From Hydrolagus affinis (Eukaryota), in NCBI GenBank assembly GCA_012026655.1, contig JAAILG010000769.1, positions 1-64,000 on the forward strand: a DNA stretch of 64,000 bases, read 5' to 3'. Position numbers and translations under genes: made by a program. Each line of letters begins with the position of its first letter. Positions within the stretch are counted from its first letter, which is position 1. Below, piece by piece: positions 51,591 to 64,000 of the stretch. The notes beneath the pieces are model-generated. The model was given only the letters and a program-made list of their open reading frames with translations. It was not told the origin of the DNA and searched no databases.

Positions 51591-54500
51591 GTTTGGAAAA
51601 AAAATATTGTTTTTGCAATCTTCTGTCAATAATCTACATACAATATACGGTGCACATGCTTGAAAATCCCACAGATTTGACTGCCCTAAATCTAACTTGG
51701 TACATTTGTTTGCTCCTATAAAAACACCACAAGTGTCCTGTTCTTCCTTTCCTGCCCTTAAACTAAATATTGCAGACTTTGCATCTGTTTGCACAGTCAG
51801 TCCTGGAAGTAAGAAGTCAAAATAAGCTTTGGAGAGTTAAAAAAAAAGGTTGATTCTTGTAATGTACAACCTCATAAAATATAAATCATGATCCACAAAT
51901 AGGAAATTGAATACCCTGGCAAAGTGCCTGGAGAAAAGGCTGCATGACCCAGAGTGGAACTAATGTACAACAAATGAAACTGGTCTAACTTTACAGGAAG
52001 CCCCTTGGTCACAAGTGAGGAAAAAATATAGGGAATTTTACAAAAGTACCTTGTATTTCCCATTAAATAAGACAATCAAAATACAATTCACGAATCATTG
52101 AAAATATGGTGCTCTGTTACCTTCCAAAAGGGCACCAGGGGTCAAAATAATTGTTGAACACAGTCTTTAAACTTTTTGATGTTTTAAAAATAGAAATGCA
52201 TTTTAAATGAGTGCTGGAAATTCTTATCCTATTGCATCTCAGCCACACTGAGCAGAAATCGTGAAGAATTAGGTTATCCAGATAGATCCTTTCCTCAGAA
52301 TCTAAAGAATGACAAATAATTGTGCTATTGATTAAGAAACATTCTGCCTCTGTATAAAGATCCTTTTATCCAAGTGGGCTATATGAGCATCTTATTTGTA
52401 ACTGTGCTATTTGTACATAGTTGGCTCTGCAGAGTTTGCTGCAGGCCCTTGAATTTACTCAAAAGGATTAATGTACGAAATGGTGGAATTCTATAATGTT
52501 GCGTTAAGATGGAGTTTTTCAGCAAAGCTTTCCTGACAAGTCCACATGTCTGTGGCAATCCAACCAGACAGTCAAGTTCACAGCATGTCTGGGCTTTTGA
52601 TTTTAAATGCATCTCTTCACAGAATTCAATTGCTGGCTGCTCAATTATTGATCGTCGTGAGGTTTTGCTTTGTCTTTCAGACACAGAGTGGTAAAATGAA
52701 TTACAGGGAACACATTTAGTATGAAGAAACGTATTGGAAGATTCACTGATAATCAAATCTGTGGTAAAATGCATTGACTGGAACAATGCACAGAATTGGA
52801 ATGAATCAAAATACTGTTGTGATTTTCTTTTTTTGGGTGGTAGTGGGGAGATGATAAAAACTAAGAAGGCCCTCCTAGTCCTGCCAATGAACTGTTTTGT
52901 GCAGAAGAATTATTCTATTCTGTATAAACTGAATAAATTTTCCATGATCAATTCCTTGAAACTATTTTTATATCAGTCTCGTTGTGGAAAAATAGCTATT
53001 GTCTGTTTTATATACAGTATTTGGCTTTTTTTTGTCTTTAACAAAAAAGTCTGTTTAATAGAACATTTGGGTGTTGTCCATAACATGGAACTTATTATAT
53101 TACCATACACTTACTTTAGCTCATGAACTGTAAAGCCACTCAAAGGCTGTGAGTTCTCAGAAAATTTTGCCAGAAAATTTTTGTTTACCGACCGAGCAGT
53201 GGGATCAGTCTGAGATGTCAGAGTGGTGGAGATGTAATTGCTCCACAATTTTCACAATGAAAGTTCTTCTGAGCTATCTTCAAACATGAGTCATCTCACA
53301 GAGAGCTTTTGTGTGAAGTTCTTCCATTTGCAGACATGCGTTTCCAACGCCATGTTTGATTGCACTGAATGGTCAAATTTGCTATGGCAACAGCTTAGAG
53401 CTGTTCTAAGCTGTTGCCAACATTGCACTGCCTCCTGTCTTCACTCCCTCAGGCAACTTTCTACTTTTAACTCTTCAAGGACTGTCTCGGTATTCATAAA
53501 TTACCTTTCCCCTCTCCAAACAAAACGCATTCTTCAGAACTTTTGATTAAAAACATTGACTATTTCTAAACAATTGCAGATCTGTTGGGAGAACAAAACA
53601 AGTACGCTTCTTAATTTTTCTTTCAAAATTGTATCATTGGTGCCAAAGACTCCTGGAGGTCCTCAAAGGTTTAAACTAATTGTAAAATGATATTGGAACA
53701 GTGGCTGATTATGGAGCAGCAGGATACTTAATAATGCAAATTTGGCTAGTGCATCAGGATGCATTCAGTGGATTCAATACAGTTGGCTGTGCAGAGATTG
53801 TACAGATGTAGACTCCTAATTTGGCCCACTCAGCAGTATTCAGTGCCTGGGATTGATGCATACCTTACATCACCACAATCCTGTTCAGTTCATGCAAAGG
53901 CAGCAGCAAGGGACTGCACCTGGAGCAGGGAGGAGCATATGAGGGCAAAGGCTGACCCCGGCTGGGGCACTAACTAAACAGACATTACACTGTATGAAAG
54001 GTCCAGACAACCCCTGCGGATTCATCATGCGACACTCGGCTTTCTTCTTTTCTAGACATGGTAATTCCAAAGAATATACTGGGATCACCAACGGTGCAAT
54101 TATCCACCAGCTTCTCATTTTCTCCTCACGTTTGGTTTGGAAGAATTCAGAAAATTAATAGATGGCGCTTTTTAGATTAGATTTCACAAGAACCCTTGTT
54201 ATGACTACTCGCTAATTCTATCAAACTAATCTAAATCCACATGATTAGGAGTTAGGAGTCAGCGAGTTGTGGCAGAGGATCTCTGGTGCTTTTGACAGTA
54301 GAACTAATACAGTGGATGGGAGGGAGTGGGGTGAAGCACATTTTTTCAGACTAGAGAATTTAACATGGTAATCACTTGTTTCAGCTGCCGGATAATATTA
54401 GCATTTAAGCCTGTTCCTTGTCACACAAGCAGCAGAATTTGTTGATTAGAGTTTTTAGAAATAATAATAATCAATAATAATATATTGTATTCCTCGGTTT

Positions 54501-56879
54501 AATTTTCACCCAGGGCAAGAGCAGCCACATGGCTTCCTCCGTTGTCTTCGGACACACCTGCCGTTCGAAGGTTATGTAAACTGTAGCTACCCCCCACCCC
54601 TTTGTCCCTCTTTAATCAAACACAGCCGTTACAGCAGGCAAATGACTGTCTGATTTGTATTTAAATCCAGGTAGGGAAATAAGGTGTAATAAAGGAAGGG
54701 TCTGGTTTGTATTGTAAAGTTTAATAGGGCCGTAAGTCAGGCGAGCACCCTCTCCTTTTCAAATCAATTGTGTGTGTGCACTTAGGCACAGCTGTATCCC
54801 GATTCAGTTGATCACCACAGAAGAAGTGAAATTCTTTCCTCTGTTCAAGTCATCTCCTTTCAAAGAGCCAGCCACCCTGGCAAGTAGGTATTTTGTCTGG
54901 AGCTGATGGTGCGGAATGTCTGCCACATTTGTGGCATGAAAGTAATGTATCGGCGATTCTGAAAACTTGTTATTGCAACAGTGTCTACCATGAAACCACT
55001 TCAATACTTTTTTTTAAAAAAAGCAAAATTGCAAGTGCCCGAGTTAAAATCTACTTCCATGCTATAGGGGCTGTAAGAAGGCATTGAGTTCATCCACTAA
55101 TCTAACGTTGACATTAATTTTCGAAAGCACCCAGCATTGACCCTCCAAATTGAATAAGTTATTTCCAAATTGGTCATAGAAAGATTACTTTTTTTTACAT
55201 ATAAAGCATGTGTGGACAGGCACGTGATGCATGGATACACTGCTGCAAAAATGAAAGAGGTTGAAAACAAATATCTGCATTCAATGAATTTCTCTCCCTC
55301 CGCAGTCAACATAAACGATTTGGCAGAAATAAAGCAGCCCTGAAATAAGGCATGTCCCCCATTGCAGAAATATTTCAATGTTTCTACATTTCTCCATATT
55401 CGCTGCGGTTAGCTAGACAAAGGCGAGATTGATGCAATGAGGGTCAGAATGCCTCCACTGATTGCTGCACTAGCCCTTCCCTCTGCATATGATCAATTAA
55501 GTATTGAAAATACTCAGCTGATTCCATTTGCTGCAGATTTTAAGTAGCGCCTTGTAAACCAGGAAGAATGATGTGAAAGGAAGAGTCTCATCTAAACAAT
55601 AAAAAGGGCACGTGGCTGTCTGTTCTGGTCAAACTCTGCACAAAGTTCTCTGGCTTTAGTTCTGTAAGGTAACGTTACCAGGAACGTTACCATTAATGTT
55701 TGATTCAGAACAAAGAAAGGCTCTCCTTACACAGCCTTTCTATCCACAGCCTATGCAGCACAATGTTTTACTGAACCCACCAAGCAGCAGAAACCTAGAA
55801 CCGACTTGTCATGCATTGCGTGCAGGCTCCTTGATTGTAGAAAAAGCTGGCTGCTGTCCAGACAGGCTAGAGCTCTGTTGATCATTATGTCTAGCCTTCA
55901 GGTGTCTCAACTCACAGTGGGTGGTGAAAGAGGGAAGGAAGGGGGGTTGGTGGGGGGGAGTGGTGGGGGGAGAGAGGAGGAGGTGTAGACGACATGAAGG
56001 AAGACAAAGAGAAAAAAAAACTGCTCACGAAAAATGCATGATGCGTACTCTTGCAACATGAATTTCTGTACATTTAGTCAAGGCAGGCTTTAAGAATGCA
56101 AAATCTGAAACTTGCCTGTGTAAAAGCAGTCCACATTGCTTCACTTTAGAAATCATTGCTCACCACTCAGCACTGAATGTAGAATGATGTCGGCAAGATT
56201 AATTAATGTAAGCCCCCCAAAAATCCCTCCTGCTCGCCCCTTTGTTTGAATTTCAGAGCTCAGCAGCTACGTCTCTTTACCAGCTCCTGCTCCCTCAGCA
56301 ACTCTTTGTGTGACCTGAACTCCTGAGTTGTCTGGACAGTGCAGTAGCCCTTGCGACAGGTCAGTCAAGTTTGTTCAGCTTAATGCTCACAGTGAACTGA
56401 TTGGACACGGCGGATGTTTTATCACAAAATGCATATTTCATCTGGTCCCGCTCTCTGAATAATGCAGCAAGCAAACAGATCTGTGCCTGTGCTCAAAGTC
56501 AGCCTGTACTGCAGTCGACAGACAGACAGACCCCTCAGGCTGCTGACTTCTTTATAAAAAAGAGTGATCTAAGCTTACTTTGTGGTATTTCAAACACATA
56601 CATCAAAGTTCCACGTTCTTTCCTATGCTCTTTGCAAAAGTCCCGAGCAGACAGTGGGTAATTCTTTTTCTGCACAATGCAGCTATTTAGGAGCGCAAAG
56701 TGGATTAAAACAGATACTTACAGTTCAGTTGCTGGAATACTTTTATCAGTCTTCTTCTATGCTGTACAGCGTCTTTTTCACTTTTAAGTACAAGATAAAT
56801 AAGGAAGCGATCACGAAGTTCCATTAACTATAGAAAGTCGCTTGAGTCGGACACTTTGGACAGACAGTTGTGTGCAGAC

Positions 56880-57060
56880 ATCCCATTGCTCGAGTATTGC
56901 TTCTGTCTGCAGCACTGAATTGAACTATATAATCCCCATGTGAAATACAGGGGAAAATGTAGTCACGTGAAGCACATAGAGGCCCACCATTGGCTCCTCT
57001 GACAATCTTTCAGCGAGACATTTTTTTTTCCTCTATTGGCTGCACTGGAAGATTGAAGGA
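56880..57060 (-). promoter_or_regulatory. Candidate minus-strand core promoter
   Basis: In minus-strand order: CCAAT (57035-57039), CCAAT (56988-56992), GTCACGTGA E-box (56962-56970), TATATA (about 56927-56932), then the donor ACT|gtaagt at 56722/56721. Confidence 0.35.
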
Positions 57061-57394
57061 GTGTGGTTCCTCCCAGCCCAGCTTTTAGTGGAAGAATGAT
57101 TGTGTGGGAGTGAGACTGGCAGGGGAAGTAACTGGGAATGAATGGTCTGAAGCCATTATTAGGCTGAGGTCAGGAGAAGAGGAATAAAAGCTTAACTTTA
57201 TATTTTATCGTTATTTTGTGATTATCATTCTGTACGTAGAACAGGAGAGCGGACAGGATAAGCTTAGCATAGTCATCTCCGGCAACTTTCAGACACCAGT
57301 CTTGAATGTAGTGCAGATGAGCACACTGAAGATCAATATTGTTTAATCTCGCTATTGTTTCCCCTATTCCCTTCTCTCCTATAGGCTATTTGCT

Positions 57395-57870
57395 CCTTTT
57401 CCCACACAGGCGCCAGTCTCATTTCAGTACCTTGCCTAAGCAGCCAATATTCATGAGGGAGCCTTGACTGAAAATGTTAGCAGGCTCATGGACAGTAGAT
57501 GGTATAGGTATTGAAGTTAATTCTGGATATCCATACATAAAAACAACCCATGCATTTGGTGTTGTGACGCCTCAAAGCACTTCACAGGATATATTGTATA
57601 GTGTATTTTGTGGGCGATAGCCAATTTCACACAGTAGTGTCCCACAATTAGACATACATTGAGTGATCAAGTTTGTTTTAAGCGATCGAATCCAGATCCT
57701 CTCATTTCCGAGGCAAGCGCACTAACCACAACTACGGGATTCCAGCAACGGGCACTGGTTGATTTTACAGTGCTCCTGCTGCCCTGGCTGAGATCTGCTA
57801 ACTCAGCGCACGACAGGTCTCCAAACGTGTGATTGTTTGCTTTTTATGGCTCAGTGTTGTACCAGGCTTT
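57395..57870 (-). mobile_element. LF-SINE-like relic split by a tRNA-SINE (57548-57743, minus)
   Basis: 3' part cagtaccttgcctaagcagccaatattcatga..gttagcaggct; 5' part ggctgagatctgctaactcagc..tatggctcagtgttgtacca. The insert has a tRNA head (reverse complement ggaatcccgtagttgtggttagtgcgcttgcctc..gattcgatc) and a SINE tail. Confidence 0.65.
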
Positions 57871-58319
57871 GATAAGATGAATGCTAATTGAATCAATCCG
57901 AACAATAAACTGCATCAATTAATTGCGGAATCCAGTGTTACTATGAAGGTAGCTATTTAAAAATAAATTCTGCTTAAATACAACCAGTTCCAGATCAGAG
58001 GTAATGTTTACTTTTGTCAAGTCATTTAAAATAAAAGTTCCTCCCTCATGTTTCTGTACCAGTATGACTCAGCTATGTTCTGGTTTAACCTTTCATTAAT
58101 ATAACATAACGTAACCACAATTAATATGCAAGTTTGATTTTTTAAAAATGTTTTGAGATCATGGAATATCCTCCGATTCTGTTCTCAGTATGGGGGATGG
58201 TGCAAGTGGCTTTGTGTTTGTGTTCATGTTTCCCTTTGTACTACATTTGGGAAATTTTTATCAGTGTTTGGATACCGAGACGATGGAACGACTCAAAGAG
58301 CAAATAAATTTGCAAGTTG

Positions 58320-58465
58320 AAGCAAGACTCTTCTCTTCGGTCATCCTCCTGCCTCCACCTTCCCTGCCCTCCTGATTCCAATCCCCCACCCAAGTGTATA
58401 ACCTTGACTATACAATGCCTTGGGACATCCTCCCAACATGAAATGTAATTTGTTGGTGGTGGTGA
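58320..58465 (+). mobile_element. Old L2 3' tail
   Basis: caatgccttgggacatcctcccaacatgaaatgtaatttgttggtggtgg resembles the L2 tail at 37566-37632. Confidence 0.55.
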
Positions 58466-58654
58466 TTTAACCGATCCTGCTACTGTTGAAAAAATGATTT
58501 ATTTTTCAGATAAAAATGTTACTTTTTAAAAAAAAAAGTTTGACAAAAATTGCTTTGCAATTGATTACATGGCAGCAAATATAGTATTTAAAAATAGGTA
58601 ATTTTAAAATTGATTATTGAAAACCGAGTTTTTTACAGCTCCTGGTGACTAAGA

Positions 58655-59515
58655 TTTTAGTATACAATTTTTTTCTCTTCCTCCCAGAAGATGACATAAA
58701 CTACAGTCCAGTAGCATGGTCGCTCATAGCTGCCTGGTGCCTTGCCTAAGGGGTTACTCTTAATTTCTAAGTCTAGATGGTGTATGTTGACTAGCTATTT
58801 GATTGGAGGGATTACAGTCAATGCTGACCCCGTCTTTGGGTAATTTCCAGGTGTTCTTTCCAGGACGAGTTACTGGATAACAATTCGGGAGCAAGAACTC
58901 CATTTATTGTTTCTATATCCTCAGCAAAATCCTGTGGAGTCCTGTAGCATATTGGTTAGAGCATCTCGCTTCGCATGAGATGGGTTAGATTTCAGGGCAG
59001 AGCAAAACCTTAGGCAAGTTTCCTTACCATCACATGGCTCTGTTTTCCTTGCAGCAAGTAGGAATCCAATTATTCGATTGGCAGATGGCTTTTCCGGGGA
59101 TAATAATCCTTTTGAATAATAATAATAATAATTTGATCACTCAATCCATGACTGCTTGTGGGACACTGCTGTGAGTAATTGGTTGCACTGTTTTGCTCGC
59201 AAAATATAGTCTCTATAACATTACATTATATCCTCTGAAGCGCTTTGAAATGTCTTAGTGGCATGATAACCTGCTGAATCAAATGTAAAGAATATTATTA
59301 CAAAGACCAGCTATCGAGCTTCTGACTTTTCCAGGTCTCCCTCACTCACGTGTTGCAATTTCCCTTTGAGCTTCATTGCCCTGATTTTTGTCATTTTTGT
59401 CTAGTTACCAATTTTTTTTAGTATACAATTTTTTTCTCTTCCTCCCAGAAGATGACATAAACTGCAGTCCAGTAGCATGGTCGCTCATAGCTGCCTGGTG
59501 CCTTGCCTTGGGGGT
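58655..59515 (+). repeat. 100-bp direct repeat pair (58655-58754 and 59416-59515)
   Basis: ttttagtatacaa(t7)ctcttcctcccagaagatgacataaact(a/g)cagtccagtagcatggtcgctcatagctgcctggtgccttgcct..ggggt; three mismatches, offset 761. Confidence 0.95.
58936..59300 (+). mobile_element. Near full-length tRNA-derived SINE inserted in a minus-strand LF-SINE-like relic (about 58735-59340)
   Basis: Head ggagtcctgtagcatattggttagagc..gcagagcaaaaccttaggcaagttt (compare 11945), body and L2-type tail. Flanks carry ctttccagg..gttactggataacaattcgggagcaagaac and gaccagctatcgagc..ttccaggtct. Confidence 0.8.
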
Positions 59516-61101
59516 AGAGAGAGTGCGAGAGAGAATCTATTCTCCCATGAAAAGCTCTTCATGGTAGTCCAATAATGAGGATCTGAAAGATTGGATTTAT
59601 TTTGTTTTGTAGTGCTGAATTTAACAAATAAGTCCCCCAATTCCTGAAATAATGCAGTTATTCTCCATGCATCATTATCCCATACTTATTCAAATTAATG
59701 GAACTCTACATCTTTATGTAAAAATCCAACTACAGTTGCAGAGTTTCTAGAAATATTCAGAAACTCCACTTTGTGTTCTAACCATAATCCACAATTTCGG
59801 ATCTGAAATGACAAGCTAAATTCCATTCCATCATAACACTTCAACTGGAGAATTCTTCTATTCTGTCTCTTCATTCTAAGTGAGCAATAATATCCTTGTT
59901 GGGTTCATCGGTGGAGAGATTTTCTCTGATTTCCTTAAGAATTCCTCTCCAAGTCAACCCAATGTGACTAATTGTGTGGATAGCTCCACTTCTTCCTCTC
60001 TTTGTTGGACTATTTAACCAGATTTTAGGAGCCGGTGTTGTTACGTTATTACAGTCCTTCCAGAGCAACTTGCACCCGTGCCATTGAAAATGGAGATGCT
60101 TAGATTTGTTGAAAATATTTTAAAACCAAATGGCCATTCACTGCATTGATGTTTGCGGGACATTGCTGTGCACAAATCAGTTATTTTACTAATCCTGTAT
60201 TGAATTTAAATAGCACTGGTTATCAAACAGAATACATTGAATGTACAGTACATCATGCATTCAAGGTAAAGTAATCTACATCATTCTCGCACACTATGCC
60301 GTGTTTCAATTCACATTCAGTGCATTTGCTTTGGGTCTGATTTGCATATAGCCAGATGAGGCATTGTATCTATACACATACCCAACCATCAATGTTCAAT
60401 GTTTTTTTATTCTCTGATCTTTTCATTTTTCATATTTTCATACATTTTTCATAAAATTGCTTTTAATTTAAGCGTCCAACCTTTAAATTCAAAAAGGGAA
60501 ATTTGGAACCTACTTTGGAACAGTCAAAATGCTAAATTGAAGAATCTCTACGCAAAAAGCCAAAGGTTTCGAATTTGTCTTAAAAAGAGTCAACTCTTGT
60601 GATAGACCTAGTCGTGCAATTAATACACACAGGTGCTTGCTGAAAACGGTTTGTAAGTAGCCAGCGCAGGAAGTTTTCTTCATGTTGAAGCACAGGAAGA
60701 CGCTGAATGATCCAGGTGACTGGTGACACCCGGTGCCGCTGTTCTATTGCGAAATACATTGGTCTTGTTCTGGTGGATCCGTGTTAATGTCAAATCCCAT
60801 TTGTTTCACAATGCTCTTTCCATCATATGACTACTAAAAAGATTCAAACTGCTCAAAGCATCATACTGCTTGGGTAACGTTAAAGCACACTGCAGCTCAG
60901 TTTTAGTTTCGCAGAAGGTGTTCTTTTAACAAATTGGTGCAGAAGGTTGTTTACGGAGAAAACAATAGATCTAATTGAAGGCTGTGTGACCACAGGAACT
61001 CCCTGGAATATGTTATATCCTCATGCCAACAGGAACAGAGCCCAAATTTGAAGAGAGCATCAAGAACAGGTACAGACTAGAACCAACATACTTATAGAAG
61101 G

Positions 61102-61327
61102 AACAAAAACAAAAGTTGCTGGGGAAACTCAGCAGGTCAGGCAGCATCCATGGAGAAAGGAAAAGGAGTCAACGTTTCGGATCTATAACCCTTTGTCAGA
61201 ATACACACTGACAACCCGAAATGTTGACTCCTTTTCCTTTCTCCATGGATGCTGCCTGACCTGCTGAGTTTCCCCAGCAACTTCTGTTTTTGTTTCAGAT
61301 TCCCAACATCTGTAGTATTTTGTGTTT
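61102..61327 (-). mobile_element. Fold-back hammerhead-core retroelement, copy 3
   Basis: About 80-bp inverted arms. Direct repeat catacttata(g/c)aagg (61087-61101 / 61328-61342). Minus-strand CTGACAA-A-GGGTT-ata-GATCC-GAAACGTT-GAC at about 61168-61199. Confidence 0.8.
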
Positions 61328-61704
61328 CATACTTATACAAGGACTGAGCGTTCTTGATTGAGTAAATATACTATTGAATTTGTTGTCTTAGAGTAAGTAT
61401 ATAAACAATGCATTGGCAGTATTTAATGCTGTAATATGACTGTATTGCATTTAATTCAGATTAACTATTGGTCCACATGTTAAACAAATAATATCTGCTG
61501 TAACATCTGATGCCTGGAACCTGCTTTCTTGCAGGTGTATTATGGTCTGCAAACTTTTTCACTGATGTGAATTAGAAATGTTACCGTAGATGGTTTAAAT
61601 TCACTCATCTTTTAAGCCAACACATAAACATTACATTGGCAATTATCTTTATAATCAATAACAGATTTGGAGGAAATTAGTACTAGCACCTTAAATCTTT
61701 GACT

Positions 61705-61920
61705 GTTTAAATGGATTTTAAAGATCCCATGGCACTTATTGAGAAGAACCAATGTTTCTCCCAGTGTCCTAGCCAAAAAGGCCATTTGGAGTTGGCCAAT
61801 TCACTTCATGGGTGTATGTGAGACATTGAGGTGCACAAATTGGCTGCCATGTTCTACAAATAAAGTCACTCCACTTTTACATTATATTCTGTGCAATTTG
61901 AGACATTATTTCTTATTATT
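61705..61920 (+). mobile_element. Deu-domain SINE 3' half
   Basis: tggattttaaaagatcccatggcacttatttgagaagaa..ttctcccagtgtcctagccaa plus body. Confidence 0.75.
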
Positions 61921-62364
61921 TAAGCAGAACCCAAAATATTTTTAGAAGCTTGCTACAATGGAAATTGCCTGTTTACAAAGTCTGCCATATGAAATTTATG
62001 CCTGTTAAAAGGACAGGTCTGCCATTTGGCAGTGAGTTTTTCCAAAACCATTTATCTTAATATTTTTATGTAAAGTGACCACCTCGACTTACAATATGAT
62101 TTTCACTTTTTAAAAAAAAATTCAATATCCATATTTTCAGCAACAACTATTTCCTTATTAAAATCAGCATTTGTTGTATTCAAATCTGAACATTTTAAAA
62201 ATACTTTTCCAATAATTTCTTCGTGAGTGTCATATTCACAGTAAACATTGTTTCTCAGCGCCAAACTCAAAAGAGACCTCTTGCTTGCACTCAGATGACA
62301 TTTTTTATTTTCTATTCAAACTCCCGGGTTGCTCCCCTCCCCTGTATGAAATTGTCAAATTACG

Positions 62365-62468
62365 AGAAAACAAATACACAATCACTACACTTCTTATAGT
62401 GAATTCTGTGAAGCATTTTGAGATGTCTCAATGCCGTGATAAGGGGCTATATTGAATGAAAGGATCAG
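62365..62468 (+). mobile_element. SINE tail fragment
   Basis: ttctgtgaagcattttgagatgtctc..gtgataaggggctatattgaatgaaaggat. Confidence 0.7.
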
Positions 62469-63117
62469 TATAAGCAGTTTGAATCTAAGATGCTGCTGCT
62501 TTTATTGCTGTTATTGCCCCAAGTGACCTTTAGAGAAAGAACAGCGCTACATCTTCTCAATACTGTTTGTGTATTTGGACAATTTTTCTACTCTGTGCAC
62601 TCAGCATCAGCATCAATTTTCTCCCAGGTAAGGGAGAACAGAACAGATAAAGCTTAAGATGAAGGTTTCTCAATTTTGCCACAACAAAGTTTTAACCTCA
62701 GTCTCAGAGGAGCAAGCCCTCCAAGTGTGACTTTCCATTTGTCCTATACTGTGCATCCTTTTGGGTTCTCTAAGTAATAGTACAGTGCAATTTCATAAAT
62801 AATTATGACTCTTCGCTGTGGACGTTTAGTGCACATTGATGAGACTTGGGACTTTTCCAAATGAAAGTAAAAAGATATTTCCTAATGCTTCCATAACCAG
62901 TCCAGATTGTACTAACCCACCGCTAAGAGATTTGACATTTTTATAGGATTGGGAGGGAAAAAAAGACTATTCACAACAGGAATTGTTAAGAGTGACTCTG
63001 TCAGTAATGGGGAATCCTGCCATTAACTGGCACACTTGTCTTGTGTGATTCTAGCCCCAAAACATTGGAAGTAGATTATGAGGTTCCTGCCTTACCTCTC
63101 ATTACCCACAACATTCC

Positions 63118-63341
63118 CACTGGGGATAATAATCCCTCCTCAAAGAATAATAATAATTTGGTCACTCAATCCACGACTATTTATGGGGCACTGCTATGAA
63201 CAATTGGCTGCAGCATTTCCCGCACAAAATACACAGTCACTACACTTTACAATACATTCTGCAAAGCACTTTGAGATGTCTCAACAACGTGATAAGGTGC
63301 TATATCAAATGGAAGGGTTATTATTATTATTATTATTATTA
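63118..63341 (+). mobile_element. 5'-truncated SINE with (TTA)n tail
   Basis: ggggataataatcc..tttggtcactcaatcc..gataaggtgctatatcaaatggaagggttattattatt, homologous to 59095-59300. Confidence 0.85.
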
Positions 63342-64000
63342 CTGCAAGTGAAGCCCTTTGTTAACTGCTGCTTTTTAACCCCACCGTATCCCCAAATGCC
63401 TGTGAAATGTCTGTTTTTACATTAGTTTCTTACTGAGCCATGTTCTACAAGACTGGAAATATGAAACCATAACATTTTTAAATTTAATACCAAACAGATG
63501 AAGATTGCAGAACTCAACATATGGAACTTGGCTTGTTTCCAAAATGAAGTAGAATACTGAAAGATCTGTCAGAATTTCAACATGATGCCAAATGCTTCAG
63601 AGAGTTAAATGTGGGAAGACTAACCCTATAGATTCATCTGGCCAAATTATATGTTTTCTATTCATGTGAAAAGCTCAATGACCCTTTTAATTATCTTCTG
63701 AGCATATTGTACTAAAAACTGGAAAATGTGTTTTTTTGAAGATTCAAATAGTATTGTAACTGCTTTTCATGGTTGATTGCAGACACTTTCCTCTGACAGT
63801 TTAAACATATGAAATCTAACATATACCCATTGCAACAAAATTATTCCTACCAATCCACAGATCTACAATGGATTGATCATTTAAAACTATATTGGTGTTC
63901 ACAAAGCAAGCCTAATGATAATATTACCGCTACAATAACTTAATATATATGTTTAAAATTCTGCAGGCGCATTGAACAATCAAATGAAATTCAGTACAAC

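Noticed and set aside
60237-60264. Small hairpin ttgaatgta..tgcattcaa resembling miR-181 sequence
   Set aside because: The stem is only about 9 bp; not a pre-miRNA.
1-64000. Other miRNAs (miR-23/27/24, miR-9, miR-124, miR-128, miR-135) and RUNX/AP-1 motif enrichment
   Set aside because: Only partial seed-like matches were found by eye; motif counts are near what base composition predicts.

Overview
AT-rich, repeat-laden vertebrate genomic DNA with two 100-N scaffold gaps. The repeat families (Deu-domain and tRNA SINEs with (ATT)n L2-like tails, LF-SINE-like relics, CR1, L2) suggest a cartilaginous fish, possibly a chimaera; this is inference. No host protein-coding gene is supported; the ORF track is noise except one L2 ORF2 C-terminal fragment. 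The one clear gene is a minus-strand miR-181a/miR-181b cluster at about 5.17-5.44 kb. Upstream on the same strand are candidate spliced exons of a host lncRNA (8794-8865, 40343-40470, 42393-42579, possibly 56722-~56900) and three promoter-like regions (about 32-34 kb, 42-44.4 kb, 57 kb). The most unusual signal is three copies of a 145-226 bp element flanked by 13-15 bp target-site duplications. Two copies are long fold-backs, and each carries a minimal hammerhead-ribozyme core, pointing to a non-autonomous Penelope-like retroelement family rather than a MITE. Repeat family names come from remembered consensus motifs, not from a database search.
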